A DNA stretch of 64,000 nucleotides, from NCBI RefSeq assembly GCF_009914755.1, contig NC_060934.1, one strand, 5' to 3'. Source of the stretch: the human T2T-CHM13v2.0 reference genome, Homo sapiens. Position 1 is the stretch's first letter; each line of letters opens with the position of its first letter. Below the pieces are notes generated by a model. It searched no databases, was not told the origin of the DNA, and was given only the letters and a program-made list of their open reading frames with translations. Positions 1 through 13,981 of this stretch are shown here, piece after piece. Both the position numbers and the translations under genes were made by a program.

Positions 1-1430
1 AATGTAGCCAGTTCCTCAGTAAAATGTTACTTGTATATTAGTTGAGCACTTTTGGTTTATTAATGAGTGCAATAATGAAAGTGTGGGTTGTTGAAAAGAA
101 TCAATGGGTGTTTTTATTTAAGGCAAAGCAGAAATGGTACAATGCTTGTGAATACATCATTGTCACTGAAGGCCTGACTCGTACAAACTTGCCTCTGATT
201 GGTTTAAATCAAATAGGTCCAAGCACTTCATAAAAATGTCTTTGTCAGCCGGGTTTTGCTTCCAAATCTATTCATCTCTGTCAGTTTTTAATATTAGTAC
301 CAGGCTCCTGGCCATAGTCCATTAGTACTGTACTTAATTGCTCATGTTACAGATGATTACCAATATAAAAAGCATTAATGTTTTCCCATCGCAAGGCTGT
401 TGCTATGTAGATGTCTCAAACTCAGCAAAGCTTATGAAATGTGGTTATTCTGGACATTTCTTGCTCAGGATTTATAGATGAAGTTACTGTAGCTTTTGAT
501 GCAAAGAAAAATACCCACCTCATTCTTTCTAAGTGGAACATTTTCTTTCTTGTCTAACTCTTTACTTAAAAGTAACCAGTTCACTTTATTTTTATCAGTA
601 AAGGAACAAAAAGGAAAACGACTACTTTTATGGAATTCTCTTAGCTTGATTTTCTGGAATAGTAAATCACTTTAAAGGCTTTGTTTTCACATGCAGATTT
701 CCCTTTTTAAAAAATGTTTTTAAAGTCCATGCAGGGGGAAAAAAATCTTTACTCAGAATGCTAGATTACTGGTTTTAATTTTCCTGAATAAATTACATGG
801 TCTGTTTCTGTGGAGCACATGAAGTTGTTATTAGGGATTTTAAAAGGAGCATTAAAGCAAAAGTACTTTATGATGTGCATTTTTGAGTATTTAGAAAATC
901 AAAATCATAAACAAATGTATTTGTTTGTGAGGGAAATTAGCAACTATTCTTCATCTTCTTGCACACATAATGCCTAATTTCAAATCCAACCTTTTGCTTT
1001 TACCATAAGCATTCCTTGGACAAGATTGTCACCCTGCATGGCTGAGGCAGCTTTCTTTGCAGGGACTTAAGGTGAGCTGTACCCAAGCCAGATGTACTTG
1101 GGCAGATACTGGGTGATAGCTGGAGCTTCTGCCTTTTTTCTCTGAAGGTATAAGGTAGAGTGTGGGAGGCTTCATGTTTTGAATAAGATAAGCATGTGCT
1201 TTAAGTTAAGGACCAAAAATATATCAGGTTCTAAGGAACCCACCTAATCATACCATGGATAAAGGCTGGGGAAGGAAAGGTGAGTTACAGTTCTGTGCAC
1301 ATCAAGGACATGATTCCATGTATTCTTGCTCATTTGGACACCCTTGGAGTTAATAGATACGCAATTCAGAAAGTCACAGGCCACATCTCAGAATTGTATA
1401 TTTAAGAGGACCCCTAGCAACTCCCTAGAC

Positions 1431-1727
1431 CAGTGCTACTCAAATGAGATTTTCTGACTTGTCCATGAACTGTTTTCTACTAGCCCATAACAAGCTAATA
1501 AGCACAGCAATTGCGAATAAGCATTGATACACTTACGCTGAAATTTGCCAGAATAACATTATGTCTGTTGAAGCTAATAAAAACTTGGGGCTTGTGTTTT
1601 GTATGCCTCCTTTTGAATTCCATTTTTCTAGTAATTCATTTTTATGGTTGTTTACAAAAGCATCAGTCAGCATCAGATGGGAAATTTAGAAAACTCGTCT
1701 TTCACCCAGGTCAGTGGAGAAGCTCCG
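1431..1727. mobile_element. hAT-Charlie DNA transposon relic (Charlie4a-like)
   Basis: Starts CAGTGCTACTCAAA, has internal GGGGCTTGTGTTTTGTATG...TTTTTCTAGTAATTCATTTTTAT, ends GAGAAGCTCCG (degenerate TIR). Confidence 0.6.
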
Positions 1728-1737
1728 CTCCTACATC

Positions 1738-2047
1738 TTGGCCACAAACTCAGATATTTATGGAGGCAGGTAGCAAAGATGAGTGCAGGGGCCACGGCTG
1801 GAAAGTGTGAAACTGGCACGCACAGCCCGGGCCAGAGAGCCCAAAGGGACCAGCCCACACTGTTGCTGTAGGTAGATGCCGTCTGTGCGCTTCCTGACCT
1901 TCTATGTTTTCAAGATATTTTTTTAATGTGAAATAACCTAACTTACAAACACTGGCTCCAATATTTAAAAAAATATTTTATATAAGCTAAATCAAACATG
2001 CCCAGGGGCAAAATATAGCCTACAGGATGCCAAGTTCCACAAAGACT
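1738..2047 (-). mobile_element. hAT-Charlie MITE relic (MER102-like)
   Basis: Reverse complement resembles MER102 (..CACTCATCTTTGCTACCTGCC..ATCTGAGTTTGTGGCC). Highly diverged. Confidence 0.45.
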
Positions 2048-2913
2048 GAAATATGCTTGACACTAGGCTCTCCAGCCTCTGATACAGCGCCCTGCAGTGG
2101 GAGGGCCTAGAGGAAGCTTCAGGGTTCCAGGCGCTCTTACTCTGCTCTACACACTCTTCCGTGTGCTGAGCAAAACACCCTCTGTGGCTTCCCATTGACC
2201 TTGCCTTGCCTTCGGAGGACGACTCGCCACATGTCTGCTCCCTTTGCTCTGATCAGCGTCCAGGAGCTTGTCAAAGCTCCTCTTTCACTTCAGGTCTTCC
2301 TGTTCCATTCAACCAAGCCTCAGAGCGTCAGTAATGGACCTTCACCAGCTCGGCTTGCTCTCATGCAGGCGCCTCCAGTTTGTGTCACTCAGAATACCCA
2401 AAGCTACTCCAGATGTGGCATGTAGTATTTCTCAGGATGCGGGCAGTGTCAGTCTATCAACACAGCCTAAGATTACATTTGGAATGGGCAAGAAGCCCTC
2501 TCCTACTGGCCTGTTGCATTTTCTTGGATAGGATAGATTTGCCATTTGATTAACTGTCTTTTTTATTTACTGCTGCCCTCAAAACCCAATCGGTGTTTTT
2601 TGGACATCTGCCATGTGCAGAGAGCACTCTCAGGGGTAATGAGAACATATAAAGCAAAGAGTTGAGAATTGGCTGGCAAACAATGAGGAGGTACCCTTGC
2701 CACCACATTCATAGCTGAGATTGCTAAAGGAACAGGATGCTGCTTCCGGTGAGCCCGGGTTCAGCCTCAGAATTCTTCTCAGTATGGCATCCCCAGGGAG
2801 CCACCACGACTCATTAGAACTGGAAGATGCCATGATCCTTGGTTTATCTAACCCATCACAAGATCTGAGTCAAAGGCCGTACACACATGGAAGAGAGTTA
2901 TATCTATGTCTGT

Positions 2914-3233
2914 GGTGGGCATGGTGGCTCACGCCTATAATCCCAGCACTTTGGGAGGCCGAGGCGGGCAGATGACTTGAGACCCAGGAGTTCGAAACCA
3001 GCCTGGCCAACATGGTAAAACCCTGCCTCTACTAAAAAATACAACAATTAGCTGGGGCTGGTGGCACACACCTGTAATCCTGACTACTCAGATGTCTGAG
3101 GCACGAGAATCACGGGATGAATCACGGGATGGCTGAATATGGGAAGTGGAGGGTTGCAGTGAGCCGAGATCACGCCACCGCACTCCGGTCTGGGCTACAG
3201 AGCGAGACTCTGTCTCAAAAAAAAAAAAAAAAA
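2914..3233 (+). mobile_element. Alu (AluS-like) with internal 12-bp duplication
   Basis: GGTGGCTCACGCCTATAATCCCAGCACTTTGGGAGGCCGAGG, dimeric, A17 tail. Confidence 0.95.
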
Positions 3234-4862
3234 CTACATCTATAAAAACTAGTTTTATGTAATTAAAAAAAATAAGTTCAACAGGGATCAAAGAAGGAAG
3301 AGAGAAATTTCAACTGAAATGAGCAAAGTCCCCTCTGGAAAATGTGTATAAAAAGGTAGGGGCTGTCAGGAAAGTCCTAAGGCTGAATTTCCAAGTCACA
3401 TACCCCAAAGGCAGGTAGTGTAGTTTATCCTCTCATGTCTATGAACTATTATCCTAAGGTGCGGTGGGTAGACTCTGCCCATCCTCATCCATGGTAAGGT
3501 TACCCAGTCAATGGACTTGCATTTCCTTTCCCAACACTGTCTTTCTCATGGCAGTCCTGACCTGTGGCCCCTATTGGGCTTACCTCTGCAACACGGCCAC
3601 CCTGCCACTCTCATCTCCCTAAACCCACAGAGGGCATCCTAGCCCTATCAACAACCAGAAGCCCAGGAAACTGAAAACAAGTTGCCCAGAGTTAGGCTGA
3701 CTGAGGTTGTACAGCTTCTCTTCCATCTACACTCCACCAAGCTTGTTCTTACAGGGCTCTGAGTCAGTTCAATGCAAACACCCTACACCCAGAGTAGCTT
3801 CATCTTGTCATCTGTAAAGAATTTCTCTCCAAAGGACAGTCAGGTAATTTCATACACAAGAGCCGCATAGTCTGTATCACTCAGCATGCCTAAAATGCTC
3901 TGATAACTTTCCAATGCCTGGATATTTCAAGAAACTTTTAGAAAGGAAAACAAAACTCTAGCCAGACCCTGGAGTAGAAAAACTGGTTTCTATTTTAAAA
4001 AAATAAACAACAGCCTTTGAAAAAAATCTCTATTTAAAAATTCTTAAATTTGCCTCTAAATGCAAGTTGTAATTAATAGAAGTTAGAGTTTACACTGTTG
4101 AGTGTAAAAACACCCTCAGGCACAAACTAATCAAGTGTGTATGTCATGCTGTAAACTACAGCGAGTTCTTTGTTTGACCCCCCCCAAAAAAAAAGCTTGC
4201 CAAACAGCAGTTTTTCTTTGTCGAGCTCCTTTATTGTCTCATTTTTGTTTTTATCCTACTTCCTCTGTCCCATCCTTTGAACCTAACTATAGTATTTAAG
4301 AAACCTTGCAGGTCCCATGTTTTATTGATAGTTTTCATCAAGCATGAATTTAAATTTGAGAATAGATTAGGTGTCTTAGCCCTTTTCTTTTTGATAAATA
4401 ACAAAAGGTTTCTACTTGTGATTTTCTGTCCTCAGGGTTTTATCATTAAGATTAAATAACTGTACTCTCAAGCATGCCACTGCACAAACATCTTTTCAGT
4501 TATGTGAGTAACAGATGCCTTCACAAAGGAACTATTGAAAATTCAGAAAGCATGTTTCCAAAAAAGAAAAGGGAAAAAAAGTATCATATGACAGAAGAAT
4601 GTAATTGTTTACCATTAAAGTATATTCTTAACTCTTCCACTGAAAACCTCTTGGAACATTTTGTTTTTGTGTAAGTTACTACAAAGTTTGACCAAAATAA
4701 TAAATGTTGTGGGAGAACTGTTGAACATTTCAGAAGTTCTGGAACCAGTAGGATCTAACATGCATGGGGCTTAAATGCAATAGTTGTTTGCCTATTTTTA
4801 TATTTTGACACTGGCTTCCATCATTTGTGGGGTACACATCACATTGAAAACACTGCCATGTT

Positions 4863-5124
4863 GGCTGGGCATAGTGGCTTACCCTGTAATCCCAGCACTT
4901 TGGGAGGCCGAGGTGGGTGGATTGCTTGTACCCAGGAGTTTGAGACCACCCTGGGCAACATGGTGATACCCTATCTCTACTAAAAATAAAAAAAATAGCC
5001 ACGTGCAGTGACGCATACCTGTAGTCCCATCTATTCAGGGAGTTGAGGTGGGAAGATCATCTGAGTCCAGGAAGTTAAGGCTGCAGTAAGCCGTGATTGC
5101 ATGAGACCCTGTCTCAAAACAAAA
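4863..5124 (+). mobile_element. Alu (AluJ-like) with right-arm deletion
   Basis: GGCTGGGCATAGTGGC...GAGACCCTGTCTCAAAA; lacks the CCACTGCACTCCAGCC segment. Confidence 0.92.
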
Positions 5125-5924
5125 CAGTATTGGGTTTATTATTCTTGAAATAATGTTCATCTGCCCTTGAAATGGATCCATACAACTCAATTCTGAAGTC
5201 ATTGGGCTTTTTTCATTGAGAAGAGTCATTGCTGCAGTTGTTGCTGGCTGGCATTGTAGAGGGCTAGGCACCATGCATGGTCTGTGTTCACTGTAATAAG
5301 CATGCATTTTAATCCCTGGGACATAACATCAGCCTTCCTTAAGTCCATTCCAACTTTCTTCAATGTGGTTGTCATTTGAAAGGCATAGGAACAACATTAG
5401 TCTAGATGCTCTTACATGTGGCATGGAGACATCATAGAAAGCCCCAAAGGAGCTTTATTAGGGAGACCATGGGAAGCTTGGGCTTGGTAAGATTAAGTCC
5501 TAGAGGCTGGAATTCATGGAGGATATGATTCTCAAGTTTCTCTTACCATCCGATATTAAGTTGGGCATGATCCAACTAGTATCACTACCTTTTGAAGAGC
5601 TATGGCATGGTTATTGTAGCATATTGTAAGAGTAGTTGCCCAGTGCCCAAGCCATAGGGCTTCTTCTGATGTAGGAGGTTGACCCTTTGTGGAATGGCTA
5701 CATATGTATTTTATAGGCCTGTTGCCTCTGAGAAAAGGAGAATGCTCACTCCAGTTTCTCAGGTAACTCCTTAGGAGCTAGGAATTCACTTAACCCAGGC
5801 AGGAGTGATCTTTCAGTATCTCCTCCGTGTTGGTATGTCTCCGTGTTGATACATCTGTGTATGAAGATGCACAGCCACCTTTTTGAGATGAAGATAGCTG
5901 GACTAGCAGAGGCAGGCAGTTTGG

Positions 5925-6110
5925 TGGTCGAACTCAAAATTTTGACACTAAATAGCTGTGTGCCATTGACTAGTCACTTAATCGTTTAGCTCTGAACCTC
6001 AGTTTTGTCATCCATAAAATGAGATAAAATAATATATCTGTAGATATTTCTTTCTGTAATGGTTGAAATTAAAGCATGCAGAGTGCCTGGTATTAATAAG
6101 AATGTAATGC
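5925..6110 (+). mobile_element. MIR
   Basis: TAGCTGTGTG..TCACTTAA..CTCTGAACCTCAGTTTTGTCATCCATAAAATGAGATA core. Confidence 0.7.
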
Positions 6111-7465
6111 GTGGTGGTGGCTGTTAATATTGTAATGCCTAATCAATATATATGAATGACCTGAATGAGGTTTCTCTACCTTCCCACCTTGCTTCTAACA
6201 CAGTCCCCTGAAATCCATGTAACTCCAGTTCAGGAAAGCTGTCATCCTTGAGCTAACTCTCTCACACTGACACATCTTTATGGGAGCCGAGCCACCACCT
6301 TGCTGTGTCCAGTACCACGTACCTTTCTTTCTTCTCTTCATTTAGGGTCACACACACTCCGGGACCATGGAGGGAGGTATCAGAATTATCAGTGGGCCTA
6401 AGAAACAACTCTCCCACCCACTTCCAGGGGCAAATGGAGAGAGCATTAAAGCCTTCAAAAAGTTTTCTTGTCCATCTGCTGCCCATTGAGTAGGTAATGA
6501 AGCCCCTGTGAGCAGATCATTTTCCCAGAAAAGAGACCTTTTGTGGTGACAAATGGTTATATTTCATCGTTGTTAATAGTGGACTCCATACCTTTTAGGT
6601 GTCTTAGCATAGAATACAGGTGATGCTAGTTATACCTACCTCATTTTTAAAGTATGTAAGGCAGTTTGGCTTTGGTAGCTCTTGGGCAAACTGAGTCTTT
6701 CACACAGACTCTGTGTTGCACTCTGCCGCCATTTTGTTGGCTCAGATGGGCCCCGCTATAGGCTCGTTCTTCATGTCAGCGTGGCTTCTTACTCCGTGGT
6801 TTGGTGCCCCAGACTTTCAGTTCACATCCTTGCCTGTTGGGAGGTGACACTGGAGGCCTCTTTCTCACCTGTCTTGGTTATGGGGAGAGCTTGTCACACT
6901 CGGCACACTATTTTTTCTGCTCCACTCAAGTTCACACCATAAAATGGAGATCTTCTGTGGCTCACATCTCTCTCAGATGGAGCTTAGCTTTTACTGTGCT
7001 CAACCAGGGTTGTGCCCGCTGAGGAAACATTCTCATTTCTCTGCTCATTTACATAGCACATTTGTGTATTTGGCTGTTGATTTGGTTCCCTACCCCCAAA
7101 AGCTCTTCTTCCACTTTTATGGTCATGGTCTAGCACCTGAGAGGTGAACAGTATGTGAGATTAGAAAAACTCTCTATGCTTATTGGAACTGTAACAAGCA
7201 TGTGTACCTCATCTTCAGAAAGGAAAAATATACCTTCTATTGGCTCCATATTTGGTGAAAGATTCCTTCCCATACTTCACAGTAAAGTTATATTTTAATT
7301 TCTGGCTGCAAAGGGAAATGTCTGGCCAAGCTGTAGAAATTTATCAAGGCTGGAATCAACTCAGAGGTGTAATGACTCCATTTGGGGTGAGATCAGGTCT
7401 GAAGTCCCAGTTGAACCAATATGTCATTTCGTTGTTACTACAAAAAAAAAGCCTAATAGTATTAG

Positions 7466-7757
<292 letters not shown>

Positions 7758-9703
7758 AGTAGTGGCATCTTTGACCTGACATGCACCAATGTTATTTCCC
7801 TCTGCCCCTAGAAAATATTCTGCTCCAAGGACACCAGCAAACCTTTAGGTCTGGAATTTCTCACTGATTTGATACCATAAAGTGCCTATGCAGTAACTGG
7901 GGTGACTTTGGGATTCAAATACAACCCTAAAAGTTCACCACTTCTTGCCCCCACTCTCTGGATTCAATCAGTTCCAGACATTATTGTAATACCATTTTTC
8001 AAGCTCTGTAAATAGATGGATTCTCGTTTTTCCTATTAAGCACTGTTTGCTAAATATTTTGGCCCAAAAGTTCAGTCATTCCATGCAAGCATTAATCAAT
8101 ACAGGAGACATTAGTGGTTACTGGTTCAGATGAGATTTGACATTATTTTTCCTCTGCTTCTGAGGAAGGGAGGGGAATGTTGTGTAATAAAGATGAAGGG
8201 TCTTTTCTTCTTTTGTACAAAATGCAAATGATGAGGACATGTGTGATACACACTTCTCTAATGCAAGGCTGCTGGTTTTTGTTGAGAAAGAGAGGCAAGG
8301 CCCTGGAGGATTTTAGACTTTGTAAATATAAAATTATCTGCCTTAGTGTTTAAAAAAATAATAAAAGGGAGAAAGAGTTGGCAGGTTGCCAGATTACTTA
8401 CATTACAGTAATAGATTTGCTGACCCCTGACTTCTGCTGTAGAGAAATGTATTGAATTTTTCATAATATCAGATGAGGCAGATCTAAAAACCTAGTGTAC
8501 TAAGCACCATTATTTAACTTGAGATTTAGCAAAGCCGAAATCTTTTCAAACCAGCAATTTCATGTATGATGATAATTTAGTGGCTCAGATGCTAACAAAT
8601 CAAGGTTATAATGCTATTGACTTGTTAATTTTAACTTGGGTTGATTTTAAGTCTTTTTTTTTTTAAGAAAGAAGAATGAGGAGGGGAAAAAATCTTGCTT
8701 TTCACAGTGACTGAATTTAATAAGAATCTCCGTGATAGCAAAAGGCCCCCCTACTGTTTCTGCTTTGGGGTGGAAAATGTTATTCTTGTATTATTCCTAG
8801 GGAAAAATAAAATCTCATGCTGCTACAAATCTTATGCCTATGGAAAGATGTTATTTTTTAATACATAATGGCTTACCTATTTCAGATCCATTAATCGCAT
8901 CGTAAATAAGCATTTTGCTAATCTGAAATGTGAAATCTGGATAATAATAAAGGCCCATTTATCTGTCCAGCTTTCAATCCCCAGACTAGATGTAGATCAG
9001 GAAGGGGAAAATCTCTGGATTTTCTAATGAATATATTGCTTCTCTTCCCCATTACTTCCACCCACCTAAAAGCCAGCCCCCATTCTTAGAGTTGCAGTCC
9101 ATTGAAAATATTTCTCCTGTGTAATGAATTCTTGGGGGCTGGAGTGCATGTTTGCTTTTATCTGTACAGTTTAGAAACTGATAAAATCTTTGCTGTGCTA
9201 CAAATATTTGAGAAATAATCAACCTCAAGGCGCAGGCATGGTGCATTTTACTAAATTCTTTATATAATACAAACCTACTCAGCTTTCTACATAGGGCAAT
9301 GTTGACCTAATCTAAGGCTAACCTGTTTTTAATGGTACCACATGTACGTTGAACGTTTAAATGTTCAGAAACCTATAATAGCTTTTGTCCTCTTGTACTG
9401 TAAAAACTTCTAATAATCATATGATAAGATCATATCCTGTGGGGTAATTGTGTTGTACCATGACAGGATAACTGAAAAAACATTCAGTGAAAATTGCACC
9501 AAACGGAAATCACTATATGAAGCAGCGATTGTGTGCCGTGCGAGACCGTGCCCTGTTCTTCAAAGCTTAGCTGGTCATATTTCTACTTGCTTCCTTTTAG
9601 CTTCTGCCTTGCTTGTTTTATTTTAGGAGGCTTTTTTCCCCAAGCCACTATAATTATCTTTCAATGATTTAGAAGGGGGGGAAAAAACACTCGGTTGACC
9701 TTT

Positions 9704-9750
9704 ACACACACACACACTCTCACACACTCACACACTCTCATATACTCTCT
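9704..9750. repeat. Compound (AC)n/(TC)n microsatellite
   Basis: acacacacacacactctcacacactcacacactctcatatactctctct. Confidence 0.85.
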
Positions 9751-11714
9751 CTGGAAGCCTTGAACAAGTAGGGCTTGTGTTTGGATTCAGTTTTACCTTA
9801 GTCATGCCTCTTTCCAGATACAAGAAACATTTAATTCCAGATTTCCTGCTTCTGGCTTTAGGCCTTTGACCAGCAAAGTGAAATGTATTTTTTACTGCTG
9901 TCAGCCAGCCAGCTGCTGAGTTGAGTGAAGGGGAGAAAAAAAAAAAAAAATGAAAGAAAAAATGAAAAAAAAAAAAAAGGAACCGAAATGAGAATGGTGC
10001 CCTACTTTGTGAACTTGCAAAATTAGAAAAGGAAATTAAAGTCTCCTTAGCACCCATCTAGAGAGCCAGGTTGGCCCAGGGCTCTCAGAACCCAGAGTGA
10101 GGGGTCCTTGGGCGTCCATGGGGTGTCTCTCCCACCCAATTCTCTGCTTTCCCTCCTCCTCCTTCCCACACTCAGAGGTAATGCTGTCATTCTTCTCAGT
10201 AAAGAGGGTCCCTCGTGGTGTCACCATCTCCATCAGAAAATGAAGCTGGGGGAAGGGTGGTACCAGCAAATTGCTATCATTGGAATACCCAGACTACAGT
10301 GTTCCTTGAGTTCCCATGGCAACAAAACAAAAGTAAAACAAACCTATCTGTCCCAACAATAAAATATGTTTCCATTAAAGTCAATTTAAAATATCTTTCC
10401 AGTTTAAAATATTCAATGCATTTTGCTCCCAGACAAAAATCCACAACCTGCCAATATTGAAGAGGATAAAGTCCCTGGCAGAACCAGGCAGAAAAAAGGA
10501 ATTGGGGGGAATGTTGGGGACTTTACAGATGAGACAGAATAAATTCAAGTATGAACAGGATTGCTTTTTTCTCTTTGTGCTTAGTTATGCTTTTTATTAT
10601 ATAAACATTAACTGTAATATTACAGTGGGAAGCAGGTATTTGGCAGCCATATATTATTTTAGTAAGTCTACATAGGGAGGGCAGTTTCCAGTTTTAGCAG
10701 CTGTAACATGTTTAAACTCAGTTTGTAATGGGATCTGAAGATAACTATTCCCCATGGGCTCTGTTGATCTTCATGGCTGGCCAACTGCCAGATGTAGGGC
10801 TCCAAAGTATTATTCACGCCTCCTTGCTCATACCTTGTCCAAGCATGCTCAGTAAATGAATTTTGTTTCTAATATGCTATAAATTGGGATCTGATTTTCC
10901 CATAGTTTTATTGGTATTTTATTAAAGAGCAAAATATTAGGATCACAAATGTCCCCACATCCGTACTGTCAAACCTGAACAATCGTGTATGGTTAAGCAG
11001 TTGAGATCCAAATAACATAGATAGAAACCAATTTTAGGATAGCAAACCAATATCCAGACCAAGGAAGTTTTTGCCTGGGAATCTTAGTTTAAAAATAATC
11101 AGGATCCCCAATATTTGAACAGACTTATGATGTTTATAAGCCAAGTACATTTTCTTCATTGAGTCAACTTGTCTTATTTAAAACAAATTATGTTTGCTGT
11201 ATTAAAGTTCATATTTTTAAGGCTGAGTCTTATATTAATCCCACAGTGAGTCATTAATCATACCAAATGCATTATAAAAACTTTAATCACTGAAGTTGAA
11301 ACTGAGATTGTAATGCAATCCATCCCTTTTAATTACATCAGCTATTTTTCCCTTTCAGATAAAGAGCTACGTCGCAAAGGGAAAACAGATTAAAACTAGA
11401 GCTGTTTGATGTTTCTCTTTTTAGAGCAATTTTATGCAGTTTGTTTAAAAAGTTATATAATTTAAATGCTTGAAATTTTCAGGCCTCTGGTTTTTGTGGC
11501 TTGCATAGTCTGTCTGCCTTCCTTCTCGCTGGGGCGGTCTTTTACTTAGCACACTAAAACAGAACTCCTAGTGGAGTCCCCTACCCCACTCAGAGCTGTG
11601 GGATAAGACTAAACTGTCTCTTGGCCACGCTGTGCTTGCCTCTCATTGACCTTTTTATCTTAGATGTTTCATCTCTATCTTGACATGAATGAAAATAAAA
11701 TGTTTTCAGATGGG

Positions 11715-11885
11715 CAGCACTAGGTTCAGATCTCACCTCTAACAAATGGTATGACTCAGGCAAATTGTTTAACCTTTATAGGCCTCAATTGCCTCATATG
11801 TTAAAAAAGAGAATAATAATAATACTCCATAGGGATATTGTGGAGTTTACATAAAATAATCTTTAAATGTACCTGGCACATGCTA
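11715..11885 (+). mobile_element. MIR
   Basis: GGCAAATTGTTTAACCTTTATAGGCCTCAATTGCCTCATATGTTAAAA core; CCTGGCACAT 3' end. Confidence 0.7.
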
Positions 11886-11889
11886 GTAC

Positions 11890-12003
11890 CTACTAGAATA
11901 TAAGCTTCATGAGCTCAGAGGCTTTGAATGTTTGGTTCATGGCTGTGTCTCAGTGCCTAGAACACTGCCTATAGTATGTGCTCAATAAATAGTTGTTGAT
12001 GGA
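11890..12003 (+). mobile_element. L2 3' end
   Basis: ACTAGAATATAAGCTTCATGAG..CAGTGCCTAGAACACTGCCT..GCTCAATAAATAGTTGTTGA. Confidence 0.75.
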
Positions 12004-12352
12004 CTGGTAAAGCAGCTAGCATTATTGTTGCAGTTTTGTTAGCACTTAGCCAGGTGCCATGGGGAGTGATGGTGATATTGTTAATGTTGGATGCTTCCAT
12101 TGGTATCTTGGTCTATAGACCCACAAAACCAAAAAGAGGTCTTGCTGAGAAGTATTAAGTTACCAGGTACTGATTTTGACCAAGGAAGCAGAACACTAAA
12201 GTGTAGAGTAAGTTTATAGAAGTATAGCACTGTCACTGGAGATGAAGTCATTTAATAATTTGCTTATATTGAGAAAAGAAAGTAAACCCCCATAGCATTG
12301 ATGCTACTGGAATTACTCAACTGACCGATCATCTCTTCTGTTAACCTTTTAG

Positions 12353-12551
12353 ATTAATCCTACCATATGAAAGATTTATTAAAGGAGAAGAAGATAAGCC
12401 CCTGCCTCCAATCAAACCTCGGAAACAGGAGAACAGTTCACAGGAAAATGAGAACAAAACAAAAGTATCTGGAACCAAACGCATCAAACATGAAATACCT
12501 AAAAGCAAGAAAGAAAAAGAAAATGCCCCAAAGCCCCAGGATGCAGCAGAG
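12353..12551 (+). CDS. ARID5B: ARID5B penultimate coding exon (199 nt; C-terminal end of ARID domain plus linker)
   Basis: AG acceptor, then after 1 nt it reads LILPYERFIKGEEDKPLPPIKPRKQENSSQENENKTKVSGTKRIKHEIPKSKKEKENAPKPQDAAE. Donor is GAG|GTGAGT. Phase-0 join to 17524 gives a continuous frame. Not in the ORF track because it has no start codon. Confidence 0.97.
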
Positions 12552-12959
12552 GTGAGTTGCTTTGCTCCATAGAAATACCTCTGGAAGACATGTGCTGCCT
12601 CGAGGTCCTTCTGGAGCCCTGAATCCACAGCTGTGTCCCTGCACAGTTGGATGGCTTGATGAAGAAACCAAGAAATCTAAGCTTCACAGTTCCCCACATA
12701 GTTCCCCAGTTCCTGAAAGCCTTTCAGCTTGCTCATGAGATGAAATCCAATGCCTAGTATTGAATGAGATAGCCCAGGAATAGAATCTAGAAAGATACAA
12801 ACATCCTGTAGAAAACTGATAGCAAATGCTCAGGCTTCAAGAGAAAAGGGTCCAGAGCCACACTAACATCAAAGAATTTTACTGTGAAAACATGGCTTCT
12901 TGGCCGCTCCACAGCCAGTCTATCTGAGGTGCTGGTGCGACTTTAAAACATATTTTGGG

Positions 12960-13523
<564 letters not shown>

Positions 13524-13674
13524 TGCTTTGGAGGTCCAGGAAAGAGGGACCTTGGAACTGTGGTGCTGTATCCTGCAAGACTCTCCTGAAAACTTTAGAG
13601 AAGTGTTTGTCTCCCATAATTGATTTCTGTGCAACAGCCATGGGTTGAGACCAATTTAAGAAAATCTTAAGTGT

Positions 13675-13981
13675 GGCCGGGCGCGGTGGCTCACGCCTGT
13701 AATCCCAGCATTTTGGGAGGCCGAGGCGGTGGATCACGAGGTCAGGAGATCGAGAGCATCCTGGCTAATACGGTAAAACCCCGTCTCTACTAAAAATACA
13801 AAAAATTAGCCAGGCGTGGTGGTGGGCACCTGTAGTCCCAGCTACTCAGGAGGCTGAGGCAGGAGAATGGCGTGAACCCAGGAGGCGGAGCTTGCAGTGA
13901 GCCAAGACAGCGCCACTGCAGTCCAGCCTGGGTGACAGAGAGAGACTCTATCTCAAAAAAAAAAAAAAAAAAAAAAAAAAA
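13675..13981 (+). mobile_element. AluY
   Basis: GGCCGGGCGCGGTGGCTC start, Y diagnostics, A27 tail; TSD core ATCTTAAGTG at 13664-13673 and 13991-14000. Confidence 0.96.

Noticed and set aside
2087-2100. CTCF-like GCGCCCTGCAGTGG
   Set aside because: Two mismatches in the core AG positions; not supportable without ChIP data.
9544-9558. TGTTCT glucocorticoid/androgen response element
   Set aside because: Half-site only; the other half (ACCGTG) does not fit the palindrome.
12367-12555. 62-aa ORF over the penultimate exon
   Set aside because: Wrong frame; the ARID5B frame (LILPYERF..) is different.
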